From a bacterium (GTDB taxonomy: Bacteria > Hinthialibacterota > Hinthialibacteria > Hinthialibacterales > Hinthialibacteraceae), in contig CAXXMV010000002.1 of assembly GCA_963662285.2 (NCBI GenBank), forward strand, positions 512,001 through 576,000: a stretch of DNA of 64,000 nt. The letters run 5' to 3'. Positions 41,104 through 51,119 of this stretch are shown piece after piece (the first letter of the stretch is position 1; each line of letters opens with the position of its first letter). A program made the position numbers and the translations under genes. The notes under the pieces are model-generated. The model was not told the DNA's origin and made no database searches. It was given only the letters and a program-made list of their open reading frames with translations.

Positions 41104-43974
41104 CTATTCATATAGTGAGATGACATCTAACCATTCTAATTTTCTTGATTCCCAACCAGGTATTTTATAACCAGCGTCTGTTTGAATAATAGATGTCGTT
41201 TTGGTTAAAGATTTATTATTATCAAAATGTAGATCAAAGACTTTAACATAGGCTAATGGGTTTTTTGTATTTTCGACGATGCCTACACACACTTCCTGTG
41301 CGGGATCAAGGTCGAAATTACCACAGAACAGCCGTATGGAATGAAGGGGGGGCTTTTGGGGATTATGTTCACTTAAACTAATACTGCATAGAAGCGATGG
41401 TTCAGTCATAACCGGGGAATCATTATTGAATTTCCATATATATATAATGTCAGGGATAGCATCTGTATTATCAGCAGGATTCATGGCAGCAGTCAGTAGT
41501 TCGGGGATTCCATCTCCATCAATATCGCCGGTAGTTTGAATTACTCCACTCACATGGTTTATCTCAGATTTACTAAAGGCAGGAAACATAAGAGGCGAAT
41601 TTTGAATATCATGTAATCCATTTTCGGCGATTTCATTAAAAGCAACGATTTGCATGGTTATATTATTGGCGCTATTGGTTGGACCCAGTACTAATTCGTC
41701 TATTCCATCACCATTGAAATCCCCGGAACTCAAAGTTACTCCGCCGCCCTTGTTATCTTTTCTCTTGGCTTCATCGAAAGCGATAAATTGACTAACAACC
41801 CTAAATCCATGCGGCGGTTCTTTCCCGGTATATTCGAATAGCCGAATTATCTGGTTCCCTCCTCTACCCTGGGCGCAGGCTATCTGGCTGGAATCACGAC
41901 CGGGAATAAAGCGGCCTACAGCTGTAAAAACTTCACCTGAGGTATTCCGGATAGGCCGTTTGTCGTAGCGGGGGAAAGGCGAAAAGGGATGCCCGACCAT
42001 AGATTTCATGGAATTATTCCATGCTATTACTAATCCCGGATGACTAGGTTTTAAGGAATCCGTCGGACCTAATGTGAAAACCAGATCATCTTGGTCATCT
42101 CCATCGACGTCGCCCTTGGATAGATGCAGCCCACGACGTGGATCAATGCTTCCATCCTTTTGCAACCCTTCCGGAACGGCGATATGAATATCTCCCGGAT
42201 AATCTAACGCCTTTTTGAGTTGAATCCTTTCTATAAAGCCATCACCGCCGCTCCCTTGGGCAATAACAATATCTTCGATTGGTTTTGACGCCGGGATTAA
42301 TTTGCCTTGGTCATAGGATAGTAGAAGAACCGGCCATGGGATTGGTGATATTTCTATCCTGGCTTTGCGTAACGGAAAATCCGTTGGATCATTAAGTAAC
42401 TGTATGCCTGGATGCGCTGTTGGAAAGGGAAATCTGAACAATCCTCCCTCAACGCTATGCTCTATTATGTTGCCATCCCAAATAGTTTTGGTTCGGCTGT
42501 ACTCTAATGGTGGATTCACGTCTAAATGCAGAATCGGCGTCATCAAGCGAAAGCGTTTTCCCTGGGCTATTTTTTTGTTATTGAAATATCTTTCAAAACC
42601 TGTGTTGATAATATATTTTCCCTCATATAGGTTTGGAATTGAGATTATGCAGAAACTCTCATCCAAGGGACGTTCCTGATCGAGTTTTTCGATCTGTTCA
42701 ATGATCGATCTCGATTCGGCGCCTGCTATACGCCATTGTGAAACGTATTTCCAATTCAGTGGGATCGCGGCGGCCAACCATACCGCCAATATTCCCCATA
42801 TTGCGTAGGATATAAATTTATGAATCCTTGCAGCACGATAAAGAACATCCGCCATAATCAGCGCAACGCCTATTGATGGAATATAGATATACCGCTCAGA
42901 TAGGGTGGTGTACATTTCGGTTAGTTGAGTTAAAACAGGAACGGCGCTTATAAACCAGATGCTTAATCCCAAACTCCACAAAAGCCGACCTTTATATATG
43001 GAAAATAGCAATCCCACAGATGCCAACGCAATAAATGACCAGCCGTACATACCCGGAGAGAGAATAAATCGTTCTGCCAGACGATGAAATATGGATTCGA
43101 ATGGTAAAACCAGAACAGTGGAAAGTTTGCAAATCGATAAAAGATATATTTTGGTTGTTGTAAACGGAGTTATATACGATGATTTCCCAAATATATATCC
43201 ACTTAACGCCCATGTCCGTAAAATTCCGAAAATGATAATAAATAGCGCCCAATGGAATCCGGCGGCTTTGAGGTAAGAATAGATGCGGGGCCTTTTGGAA
43301 CTGGTTAAACGCTCGCGGCGATACCGGGTGATTTCGTAAATTATTAATATTACCGGTAGAGAGATTGCCATCTCTTTTGATAAAAGAGCCAGCGCGAATG
43401 AAACCAAAGATCCGATTAACGCTAAACGGTTTCCATTCCGTCTCCAGGCTACATAGGTTGCCAGCGAGCCTAAATAGAAGAGTGCGCAAAGGCTGTCAGT
43501 GCGACCATTGATCATACAGACCGATTCTGTGTGCCGTGGATGCATGGCGAATATGAATCCAGCAGCCCATATAAGACAAAAACTCTTTTTTATTCCTGAT
43601 TCGGATAACAATAATCCTGTAAGTACTACGATAAGGAGAGAATTAACGATATGAATGATCAGTAAATCAAGATGATAACCCCATGCGTTGTCTCCCCATA
43701 AAACATATTGTTCGATATAAGTCATCAGGATTTGCATGGGGCGGTAAAAACGAGCGCCGATAAATGCCGGATCACGCCAGAACCAATCGCTGGTGAATGA
43801 TTCTGTAACTTTTGAGAATGTGTCGCTGGCGTCGAGGAAGTAATAATCATCCCCTATAAAACCTACGCACAACGAGCCAGTGAATAGGAAGAAAACCATG
43901 CCGGTCAGCATGATTGAAGCGAGAAAATGAAATCCCCAAATTTTTATAAAGGAGTCGCCAGTATTATTATTCAT
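41104..43974 (-). CDS. GT-C (PMT/TMTC-like) membrane glycosyltransferase fused to a C-terminal FG-GAP-like repeat domain
   Basis: DD motif in the first loop (IGDDY), FYRP, FAMHPRHTESV..I.GR, ALLSKE and ERYIYIP. The C-terminus has GD[VFI]xGDxxx[DE]L repeats. Confidence 0.75.
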   Translation of the reverse strand: MNNNTGDSFIKIWGFHFLASIMLTGMVFFLFTGSLCVGFIGDDYYFLDASDTFSKVTESFTSDWFWRDPAFIGARFYRPMQILMTYIEQYVLWGDNAWGYHLDLLIIHIVNSLLIVVLTGLLLSESGIKKSFCLIWAAGFIFAMHPRHTESVCMINGRTDSLCALFYLGSLATYVAWRRNGNRLALIGSLVSFALALLSKEMAISLPVILIIYEITRYRRERLTSSKRPRIYSYLKAAGFHWALFIIIFGILRTWALSGYIFGKSSYITPFTTTKIYLLSICKLSTVLVLPFESIFHRLAERFILSPGMYGWSFIALASVGLLFSIYKGRLLWSLGLSIWFISAVPVLTQLTEMYTTLSERYIYIPSIGVALIMADVLYRAARIHKFISYAIWGILAVWLAAAIPLNWKYVSQWRIAGAESRSIIEQIEKLDQERPLDESFCIISIPNLYEGKYIINTGFERYFNNKKIAQGKRFRLMTPILHLDVNPPLEYSRTKTIWDGNIIEHSVEGGLFRFPFPTAHPGIQLLNDPTDFPLRKARIEISPIPWPVLLLSYDQGKLIPASKPIEDIVIAQGSGGDGFIERIQLKKALDYPGDIHIAVPEGLQKDGSIDPRRGLHLSKGDVDGDDQDDLVFTLGPTDSLKPSHPGLVIAWNNSMKSMVGHPFSPFPRYDKRPIRNTSGEVFTAVGRFIPGRDSSQIACAQGRGGNQIIRLFEYTGKEPPHGFRVVSQFIAFDEAKRKDNKGGGVTLSSGDFNGDGIDELVLGPTNSANNITMQIVAFNEIAENGLHDIQNSPLMFPAFSKSEINHVSGVIQTTGDIDGDGIPELLTAAMNPADNTDAIPDIIYIWKFNNDSPVMTEPSLLCSISLSEHNPQKPPLHSIRLFCGNFDLDPAQEVCVGIVENTKNPLAYVKVFDLHFDNNKSLTKTTSIIQTDAGYKIPGWESRKLEWLDVISLYE

Positions 43975-44173
43975 GGATTATTATGGCTGCTGATAATCTT
44001 TTCAGATTATTTACGTCAGAATTATTGCAAATCTGATAATATATTCAGGATAATCTACAATCCGTTTTGGGTTAAGCCTGTCGTAACTGTTTAGCCAAAG
44101 ACAAGTATCCTGGATGGTGGGCAATCTCTTGACGGTAGGGAAAAAAGAGATATAAATACACGTGCTGCATTAA

Positions 44174-44249
44174 TGGGGCGTGGTCGAATTGGCAAGACGT
44201 CTGACTCTGGATCAGAAGGCTGGAGGTTCGAACCCTCCCGCCCCAGCCA
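44174..44249 (+). tRNA. tRNA-Gln (anticodon CTG)
   Basis: Acceptor stem TGGGGCG/CGCCCCA, anticodon arm TCTGA-CTCTGGA-TCAGA, T-loop GGTTCGAAC, encoded CCA; 76 nt. Confidence 0.97.
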
Positions 44250-44539
44250 CTTAAAACACAAGACTTACGGAATCCTCTATCTTTATCCTTCAACATCTGC
44301 ATCAATACCGTAAATCGAAAAACATTGTTTTAGCGCTTTATATGTATGACTGTTCGGTCATAGCAAAGGTAATTGTTCGTATTTACGGGGCAGTTGGTTA
44401 ACTATAGAGAATTTAATCGAGGTGAATAAATTATATTATTATCTTAAAACGGCGGTTATATTATTGTTTTGATTGGTTTCGGGGATTGCCGCATCCCGTC
44501 TTGAAGATAGGTCAAAGGGTACTTGGTTCGCTTTGTATG

Positions 44540-46075
44540 TTACTGCTTCTTGCCAAACAGGAACAAGACTCCGGTTAACACGGCTATAGCGGCAGCCGTT
44601 AGTAATAGGACATGCATTCCCTGATAGGGGATCAGGAACAAACAAACCAAAGAAACTACGCCGACCAGTATTGCATAAGGCAGTTGGGTGTTGACGTGCG
44701 CGGTGACTTCGCAGCCGCTGGCGCCCGATGAAAGAATTGTGGTATCCGATAATGGCGAACAATGGTCGCCGAAGATCGATCCGCCTAAGACGCTTCCAAC
44801 TACTCCACTAATAATTTCCGGGCTATCCAATCCGATTGTCAACGCAATCGGCAATGCAATCGGCATAAGGATAGACATTGTGCCATAACTGGTTCCAGTC
44901 GAGAAACTGATCAAGGCGGCGAAAATGAATGTCAGCAATGGAAGATAGGCTGGATTAAAATCTTGTCCCAACAATGAAGCCACATACGCTCCAGTATCCA
45001 ATTTCGAGCATACGCCGCCTATGCTCCACGCCAGGGTTAAAATCACGCAGACGATGAACATCCCCTTACAGCCTTCAAACCAATTTTTATTGACTTCGCT
45101 GAAACTCTCGCACAAAGGTCCTAAGTGAATCACCCATGATGAAACATTAGCGATCAAAGTCGCCCACAGCAGGCATCGAAATGGATCGGCATTTGAAAAC
45201 AACGATATTAATGTTTGCAGAGGTTGCTTAACATCGACGACTGCTCCATTGGAGTATCCATGAGATATTAGTAATACGATGGCTGAACTTAGAAAAATCA
45301 ACAACGGAAGCAAAACGAGATAAGACCAACCATCCACCAAAGGCATCTCTTCAGAATCAAGATTGTGATCTACATCACTTCCAACCATATTTTGCTCCGC
45401 CTTCCGCATCGGACCAAAATCACGTCCCGTCCAGGCGACCAGGAAGCAAAAGACCAAGGCCAAAACAGGATAAAAGCGGTAGGGGATCGAAGCGATGAAC
45501 AATCCATAACCAGTGTATTCCGTAACCCCTTGGGCAGCCAGAGAATCGTTGATAAGCGATATCTCGATGCCGATCCAGGTTGAAACCAATGCCAGTGAGG
45601 CGATCGGCGCGGATGTCGTATCGACGATATAGGCTAATTTCTCCCGGGATATTTTTAAGCGGTCGCAAATCCCACGATACGCATTGCCGATTATTAAACA
45701 GTTGGCGTAATCGTCTATAAAAATCAGGATACCGGAAAACCATATAGTGAGCATTGTTTTGCTGCGGCTATGCAGCCGGGCGGCGAGATGAGCTATAAGC
45801 GATTTTGCGGTTATGCTCCCGCTTAATATTCCCGTTACTCCGCCGGTTAAGACCGTAAAGATCAGTACTATCGCATTATCGGTCTTGGTAAAATTGTCCA
45901 GAATAATTTCATCAAACGCCCGGAAGAACGCATTCGTAATCGAAAAATCGTAAATCAGAAATGCGCCGACAATGACGCCTAATAAAAGAGATACGATTGC
46001 CTCGCGTAAAATAATACACAATACAATGGCCACCAGCGGCGGAATAATAGAGAGAAACGTGCCTTCAACAATCAT
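44540..46075 (-). CDS. Na+/H+ antiporter NhaC-family transporter
   Basis: IFIDDYAN, KISREKLAYIVDTTSAP, GTSYGT, GDHCSPLSDTTILSS and HVNTQLPY motifs. Confidence 0.92.
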   Translation of the reverse strand: MIVEGTFLSIIPPLVAIVLCIILREAIVSLLLGVIVGAFLIYDFSITNAFFRAFDEIILDNFTKTDNAIVLIFTVLTGGVTGILSGSITAKSLIAHLAARLHSRSKTMLTIWFSGILIFIDDYANCLIIGNAYRGICDRLKISREKLAYIVDTTSAPIASLALVSTWIGIEISLINDSLAAQGVTEYTGYGLFIASIPYRFYPVLALVFCFLVAWTGRDFGPMRKAEQNMVGSDVDHNLDSEEMPLVDGWSYLVLLPLLIFLSSAIVLLISHGYSNGAVVDVKQPLQTLISLFSNADPFRCLLWATLIANVSSWVIHLGPLCESFSEVNKNWFEGCKGMFIVCVILTLAWSIGGVCSKLDTGAYVASLLGQDFNPAYLPLLTFIFAALISFSTGTSYGTMSILMPIALPIALTIGLDSPEIISGVVGSVLGGSIFGDHCSPLSDTTILSSGASGCEVTAHVNTQLPYAILVGVVSLVCLFLIPYQGMHVLLLTAAAIAVLTGVLFLFGKKQ

Positions 46076-46088
46076 GATATTTTTTAGT

Positions 46089-46126
46089 TTTATCAGAATT
46101 TAATTGATTTATCAGAATCTAATTGA
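46089..46126. repeat. 19-bp tandem duplication
   Basis: TTTATCAGAAT(T/C)TAATTGA twice, in the gap upstream of the NhaC gene. Confidence 0.8.
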
Positions 46127-46129
46127 TAA

Positions 46130-47869
46130 TTATTTTTTTACAAACTCAATGATTCCCCAATATGCTGCTTCGAATTTCCATTCATCTGCGGCGTTTTCCA
46201 ATTGAAGCGTGATCTCCTGACCTGCATAAGCGGAAAGATCATAACGCAGGTCATACCATTTTATCTTCCCGTTTTCCACTCCAATAGTCTCTTCTTTCAG
46301 AAGATCGCCATTGACGCGCACCCGTAGTATCCAATCCGCTTCGGGGTCTTGAATGGAATGAGACGCCACAATATGAAGCACCGGTTTTTCTGCTTCAAGG
46401 ATGCCTTTAAAGGTAAGGACGCAAGGCGTTTCCTGATCTTTGGGATGGGTAACGAAAACATCATAGTGGCCTGCATAAGTCTTGCGCAGACCTGGGCTCA
46501 TCTCATCCCCGCAATTCTCCATTACCCAACCTGTTTTCCAGGTAGAAAAGGATTCTTTTACCTGATTACGGAAGCGCGCCTTTCTTTCCGTTTCCATAAC
46601 TGACCAATTATCCTGATATTGGAGGCGCATTTCATCAGTGAATTGTTCAAGTTTTTTGGGAGTTTCTGGCGTCTGAACCGGAATCTGGAAATATTCACGT
46701 TCTCCAAGACGCTTAATATTTCCACCATATTGTTTAATGAGATTGGTTGTTAAAGTTCTACAGGTTTGAATCAAGGTAGTGAAATTATATTGAGTATGCA
46801 GAAAACGGCGATTGCTTATCAATGGTATGCCAACCTTATATTGGTGGGGGATCCTACTGTATCCATTAAGCACGCCGAGAATTCCGGCGGCGGTGGAAAC
46901 ATTGCAATCATTATCCTGACCGCATCGGGTGGTAATTTCCATTGTCTTGGCAAAATCGCCCTCACCATACAATAATCCCAGAACAACATACCCGCCATTC
47001 AATTTGGCGTCGATATTGAAAGGCTTGCCATAACCATCAGGGCAAAGATCCGTCTCTCCCCATTTATCTTGCAACATCTTCCAACATCCCTGCCAATCAG
47101 TGGGATTAGCGCCGAAATAATTCAATACATCTCTTATCACCTGAGCATATTGGCTTTGTTTCGGGATGCATTTTAATCCTTGTTCGATCACTCCAACTCG
47201 GGTGTTCTCAAAATAGGCTGTGGAATACATTGCTGCGACGAAAAGACCGCCATAAAGACCATCGCCATAGTTCATCATCCGTCCAAATGGTTCCGCCATT
47301 TTTACTGCGCTGCGCGGCATTCCGGGACATAATATGCCAAATACATCCGCTTCAATCTGAAAATCAATGTCATTGGCATGGGGATTATAACGCGGGTGTC
47401 CCGAATCGGGGGGAAAAATCCCAGCGCGGATATTTTGACGACCTATGTCATTGGCATGCCATAGCGGATATTCGGTTTTGGCAAAATAATCCGCTGCTTC
47501 ACGGCCTGAAATCTGAAAACCTTTCTCATCAATTACCTGCAGGAAGGTCATTTGCACATATAAATCATCCTGCTCAAGCGAATTCATTACAAACTCTGGA
47601 GACCATTCCCGGATCAGTCCTTCGTCCATCATCTGGCCCAGGTATTTGAACTCATAGGGGGCGCTGTAACTAACGCCTATCATTTTGCCCGCCCAAGCGC
47701 CCATCAGTTTGTCTTCATACTCAAAAAAAGAAAGGCGACTTGTTTCCAGACTTTTGGGAGTATCATCTCCGATCCAGCCCGCGATCTTGTCTTTGACCTG
47801 TTTTACTCCACAAGATGAAAGTAATAAAAAAATCATTAAAACAAACGGAATGACCGCTTTAATTCGCAT
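46130..47869 (-). CDS. ADP-ribosylglycohydrolase-family lipoprotein with C-terminal beta-sandwich domain
   Basis: Lipobox LSSC; GAWAGKMIG, QDDLY, IDFQIEAD and GQDNDCN motifs. Confidence 0.82.
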   Translation of the reverse strand: MRIKAVIPFVLMIFLLLSSCGVKQVKDKIAGWIGDDTPKSLETSRLSFFEYEDKLMGAWAGKMIGVSYSAPYEFKYLGQMMDEGLIREWSPEFVMNSLEQDDLYVQMTFLQVIDEKGFQISGREAADYFAKTEYPLWHANDIGRQNIRAGIFPPDSGHPRYNPHANDIDFQIEADVFGILCPGMPRSAVKMAEPFGRMMNYGDGLYGGLFVAAMYSTAYFENTRVGVIEQGLKCIPKQSQYAQVIRDVLNYFGANPTDWQGCWKMLQDKWGETDLCPDGYGKPFNIDAKLNGGYVVLGLLYGEGDFAKTMEITTRCGQDNDCNVSTAAGILGVLNGYSRIPHQYKVGIPLISNRRFLHTQYNFTTLIQTCRTLTTNLIKQYGGNIKRLGEREYFQIPVQTPETPKKLEQFTDEMRLQYQDNWSVMETERKARFRNQVKESFSTWKTGWVMENCGDEMSPGLRKTYAGHYDVFVTHPKDQETPCVLTFKGILEAEKPVLHIVASHSIQDPEADWILRVRVNGDLLKEETIGVENGKIKWYDLRYDLSAYAGQEITLQLENAADEWKFEAAYWGIIEFVKK

Positions 47870-48030
47870 AATTAGACTCCTTAATCCGAACTCTCTGATG
47901 TACAGGGCTATATGGAACAACCCGGTAAATTTAATTTTATCTTACACTTATACCACATTATTTAATGCAAATTAACCTACAAAAATCAATCCTGTCAACT
48001 CATAAGTCATATCAACTTCATAGACAAGAG

Positions 48031-48197
48031 TATCGAGATTATGCTGGATGCGATAGGGTTGATAAAGGTCTGGAGTGGTTGACGGGAATTTATTCGCATT
48101 AAACGTATCTAAAGTGATTCGCTCAACTCTACGTGCGCCTTAAAGGTCGTAAAGTCCTCCAAAGATGGGATTTTATATAGATTCAGCGTTTTCAATA
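48031..48197 (+). ncRNA. 6S-RNA-like long imperfect hairpin
   Basis: Closing stems 48031-49/48181-97, asymmetric central bubble with a 3' hairpin, and apical stem 48065-89/48117-41. G-U pairs favour the + strand. Confidence 0.45.
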
Positions 48198-48318
48198 TGC
48201 ATAAAATTTTGTTAACCGTGATATCCGCCTTCTCAGAAGGCGCCTCTTGCCCTTACAATATGGCACTTGAAATATCTGGCTTTGGGATAACTTTGATCGG
48301 ATGTGGAGGAAACTATCG

Positions 48319-50163
48319 ATGATTCTGAAGAAATTAGTACTGTTTTGTTTAATTGGAGCAACCATTGGACTGCCGGCCTTCGGCCAGGCAACAGATACAG
48401 CAAAAGATACTGTGGTAAATGCGACGAGCTCTTTTGACGCCCCCTTGGTAAAATACGGGGACATGGAATTAAATCTGGGGTATTTTTTCGCCTATTGCCG
48501 CGTGTCAAATGATAAACTGAGAATGCTTCCCAAACTTGAAGCGGAAGACAAGGCGAAAACCCTCGACCAAGCCCTGAATGAAGTACTTTTTGAGCACCTG
48601 GTCATGAAAGAAGCCGAAAAAGGCGGTTTCATGGACGAAGTCGAATATTTCACCCATCATCGCGATATGAATAACGATTGGCTCACAAAGTTATATGATT
48701 ATCATAACTTTTATAAAGATTACACGCCCAATGAAGAAATACTGAAAAAAATCTATGAATCAAAGAAGGAAGATTACTTTCAGAAGCAGCAATACTCTTT
48801 CCGTCATATCTTTTGCCAAACCATTGATAAATCAGATTCTGAACAGAAAGAGGCCAAAGAACAAATCGAAAAAGCAATGGCTTTGATTAAATCTGGCTCG
48901 GATTTCGTGAAAGTCGCCGAGATTTATTCTCAGTCCGCCAAAAAGGGAACTCTGGTCGGGCCAATTACTCCTGCAAAATATAATCCCGAAAAACCGCTTA
49001 ATCCGATTCTGGAAAACAAAATGCTTTCCATGAAGCAAGGCGACATCAGTGATATTATCAAAACCAAGTACGGTTATGAAATCATCAAAATGGAATCGAT
49101 GACTCCCGAAGGATATAAAACGCTTGATGCAGTCAAAAAAACCTTGGTCACCGAAGCTCGCAACATTGAATACGAACAGATGCAAAAGGACCTTATCGCC
49201 CAATATTGGGATCAAGCAATAACCAATTACAACCAGGAAGCCATTTTCAAGGCTGACGCCGATCCTAAAGACGTGATCTTCGAAGCCTTCGGCGAAAAAT
49301 TCACCATAGAAAATTACCAGTGGCTCAAAGGGCGCAACGCCGAAAAAACTCCTGAAGAGACTGAAGAAGCTTTTCGCGAGCGTCGCATCGATTTTCTGAA
49401 ATACAACCTGATTTATCGATATATTGTCGGTAAAATCGCCCGCGATGCGCGATATGACGAGATTCCCTATTTCAAAGTATGGACCAAGGCCTTACGCACT
49501 AATCGTATGTTCCAGGCATGGTATTTCCGCTTATACACAGAATACATGGATAACCACCCTGCAAACGATGAAGAAAAACTGGCTTTCTACGAGGCCAATA
49601 AAACAAGGTTCAAGGATAGTCCATCAGCTCACGTTGGCGAGATGATGTTCAAAATGCCGCCGCATGACAAGAATGTTCTTTACGAAGTCAATGTAGCCCA
49701 GAAAGCCGCTGAAGCAAAAGCTCAAAAAGCCTTGGATAGACTCAATAATGGCGAAGATTTCGCTACGGTAGCCAAGGAACTTTCAGAAAGCGACAGCGCT
49801 GCCAATGGCGGCGACATTGGATTCATTTCCGCAGAGACCGATAAACTGCCCCGGACGGTAGCTACCCAGGCCATTCGATTGGCTGATGGGAAAATAAGCC
49901 AAAAGCCTATTACCAGCGAAGATAAGTACTATATCGTAATCTGTTATGAGAAAGCAGAAGACAAATATCTTCCCTACGATAATCCAAAAGTTACTGCGAG
50001 CGTCGAAAAAGGTTTATTAGGGAAAAAGAAACAAGATTTCAAAACGGAAATCATGGCCAAACTGTTAGATCAAGACAAAATTGAAATGCTCTATCCGGAT
50101 TTCCACACTTTCAATCCTATGCTAATACAAAGACCCAGTCTTGATATTCCTGAGAAGAAATAA
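48319..50163 (+). CDS. Exported PpiC-type peptidyl-prolyl isomerase (two rotamase domains; SurA/PrsA-like)
   Basis: Signal peptide; FRHIF...DFVKVAEIYS...TKYGYEII and GEDFATVAKELSE...NGGDIG motifs. Confidence 0.88.
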   Translation: MILKKLVLFCLIGATIGLPAFGQATDTAKDTVVNATSSFDAPLVKYGDMELNLGYFFAYCRVSNDKLRMLPKLEAEDKAKTLDQALNEVLFEHLVMKEAEKGGFMDEVEYFTHHRDMNNDWLTKLYDYHNFYKDYTPNEEILKKIYESKKEDYFQKQQYSFRHIFCQTIDKSDSEQKEAKEQIEKAMALIKSGSDFVKVAEIYSQSAKKGTLVGPITPAKYNPEKPLNPILENKMLSMKQGDISDIIKTKYGYEIIKMESMTPEGYKTLDAVKKTLVTEARNIEYEQMQKDLIAQYWDQAITNYNQEAIFKADADPKDVIFEAFGEKFTIENYQWLKGRNAEKTPEETEEAFRERRIDFLKYNLIYRYIVGKIARDARYDEIPYFKVWTKALRTNRMFQAWYFRLYTEYMDNHPANDEEKLAFYEANKTRFKDSPSAHVGEMMFKMPPHDKNVLYEVNVAQKAAEAKAQKALDRLNNGEDFATVAKELSESDSAANGGDIGFISAETDKLPRTVATQAIRLADGKISQKPITSEDKYYIVICYEKAEDKYLPYDNPKVTASVEKGLLGKKKQDFKTEIMAKLLDQDKIEMLYPDFHTFNPMLIQRPSLDIPEKK

Positions 50164-50188
50164 CCAGTAAAACGATTCTTAAACAACT

Positions 50189-50216
50189 ATCAGGCGCGCC
50201 GAATGGCGCGCCTGAT
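50189..50216. terminator. Hairpin between convergent genes
   Basis: ATCAGGCGCGCC-GAAT-GGCGCGCCTGAT. Confidence 0.75.
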
Positions 50217-50217
50217 C

Positions 50218-51030
50218 TTATTTTAAACCAATAACTTTATTCTTTATCGTATTGAATCCACCGATTATTTCCAAACTGGAAGCGCGTTTGTCGCCAAAGG
50301 ATTGCACCAGCGACTTGACCTGACTAATACGATCAACAGTGTCGGGATGAGATGCAAATAAACTCATGCCAATTGATCCGCCGCCACCCTCGCGGCGCTC
50401 GATTTCCAGCAGTTTCTCAAAGAATGTAACCATGGCGTTAGGATCATATCCGGAACGGTTGAGCAGATAGACGGCAATGGAATCGGCTTCGTTTTCAGCG
50501 CTCCGGCTATAAGCGGAGATGCCGCCATTGGCTAGAAGATTAGCGGCGGCGCTTTGCATCTGTCCCGGTTCTTTGCCCAGAACCATATCAGAAATCATTT
50601 GCATGCCCATAGCGCGTGACATGCTTTTGGTAGGGTGCCGGCTTTCGGCATGTCCCAACTCATGGGCCATGACAGCCGCCAGTTCCGCTTCACTATCAGC
50701 TGCGGCTATCAGCCCGGTATGGACATACAAATGTCCTCCGGGAATGGCAAAAGCGTTAACGCTCTTATCATCAACCACGTTGAACGTATATTCATCACCA
50801 GGCTTCATCGACGCCGCAACCAGTTTATTTCCAATCGCCTGGATATAATTATTTATCTCGCCGTCCTGAAGCACATGGCTTTCTTTTGATATCTGATCGG
50901 ACAGTTGAACTCCCAGTTGTTGTTCCTCGGTCGGCGAAATCAGGTTGAAATCGCCCAGCATATCCATTGTTCTACAACCGGAAACCATACCTATCAACAA
51001 GATGGGGAAAATCAGATTACATTTGCGCAT
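50218..51030 (-). CDS. M48-family zinc metalloprotease lipoprotein
   Basis: Lipobox VSGC; VNAFAIPGG; HELGH; ENEAD; SHP. Confidence 0.92.
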   Translation of the reverse strand: MRKCNLIFPILLIGMVSGCRTMDMLGDFNLISPTEEQQLGVQLSDQISKESHVLQDGEINNYIQAIGNKLVAASMKPGDEYTFNVVDDKSVNAFAIPGGHLYVHTGLIAAADSEAELAAVMAHELGHAESRHPTKSMSRAMGMQMISDMVLGKEPGQMQSAAANLLANGGISAYSRSAENEADSIAVYLLNRSGYDPNAMVTFFEKLLEIERREGGGGSIGMSLFASHPDTVDRISQVKSLVQSFGDKRASSLEIIGGFNTIKNKVIGLK

Positions 51031-51119
51031 AGTCGCTACCCTCCTATTTGAGCAATTCTCAATATTATAGTCAGATAACTTTAATCCTCCCCATCTTTTT
51101 CATCCAGTGAAGACGAAAA

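Noticed and set aside
41104-41140. WLDVISLYE as a sorting-motif copy
   Set aside because: The spacing between W and LY does not fit, and the protein is polytopic.
44174-44300. tRNA-Gln as an attachment site of an integrated element
   Set aside because: No integrase and no duplicate of the tRNA 3' end seen in the window.
48261-48275. TGGCAC as a sigma54 promoter for the PPIase gene
   Set aside because: There is no GC at the -12 position.
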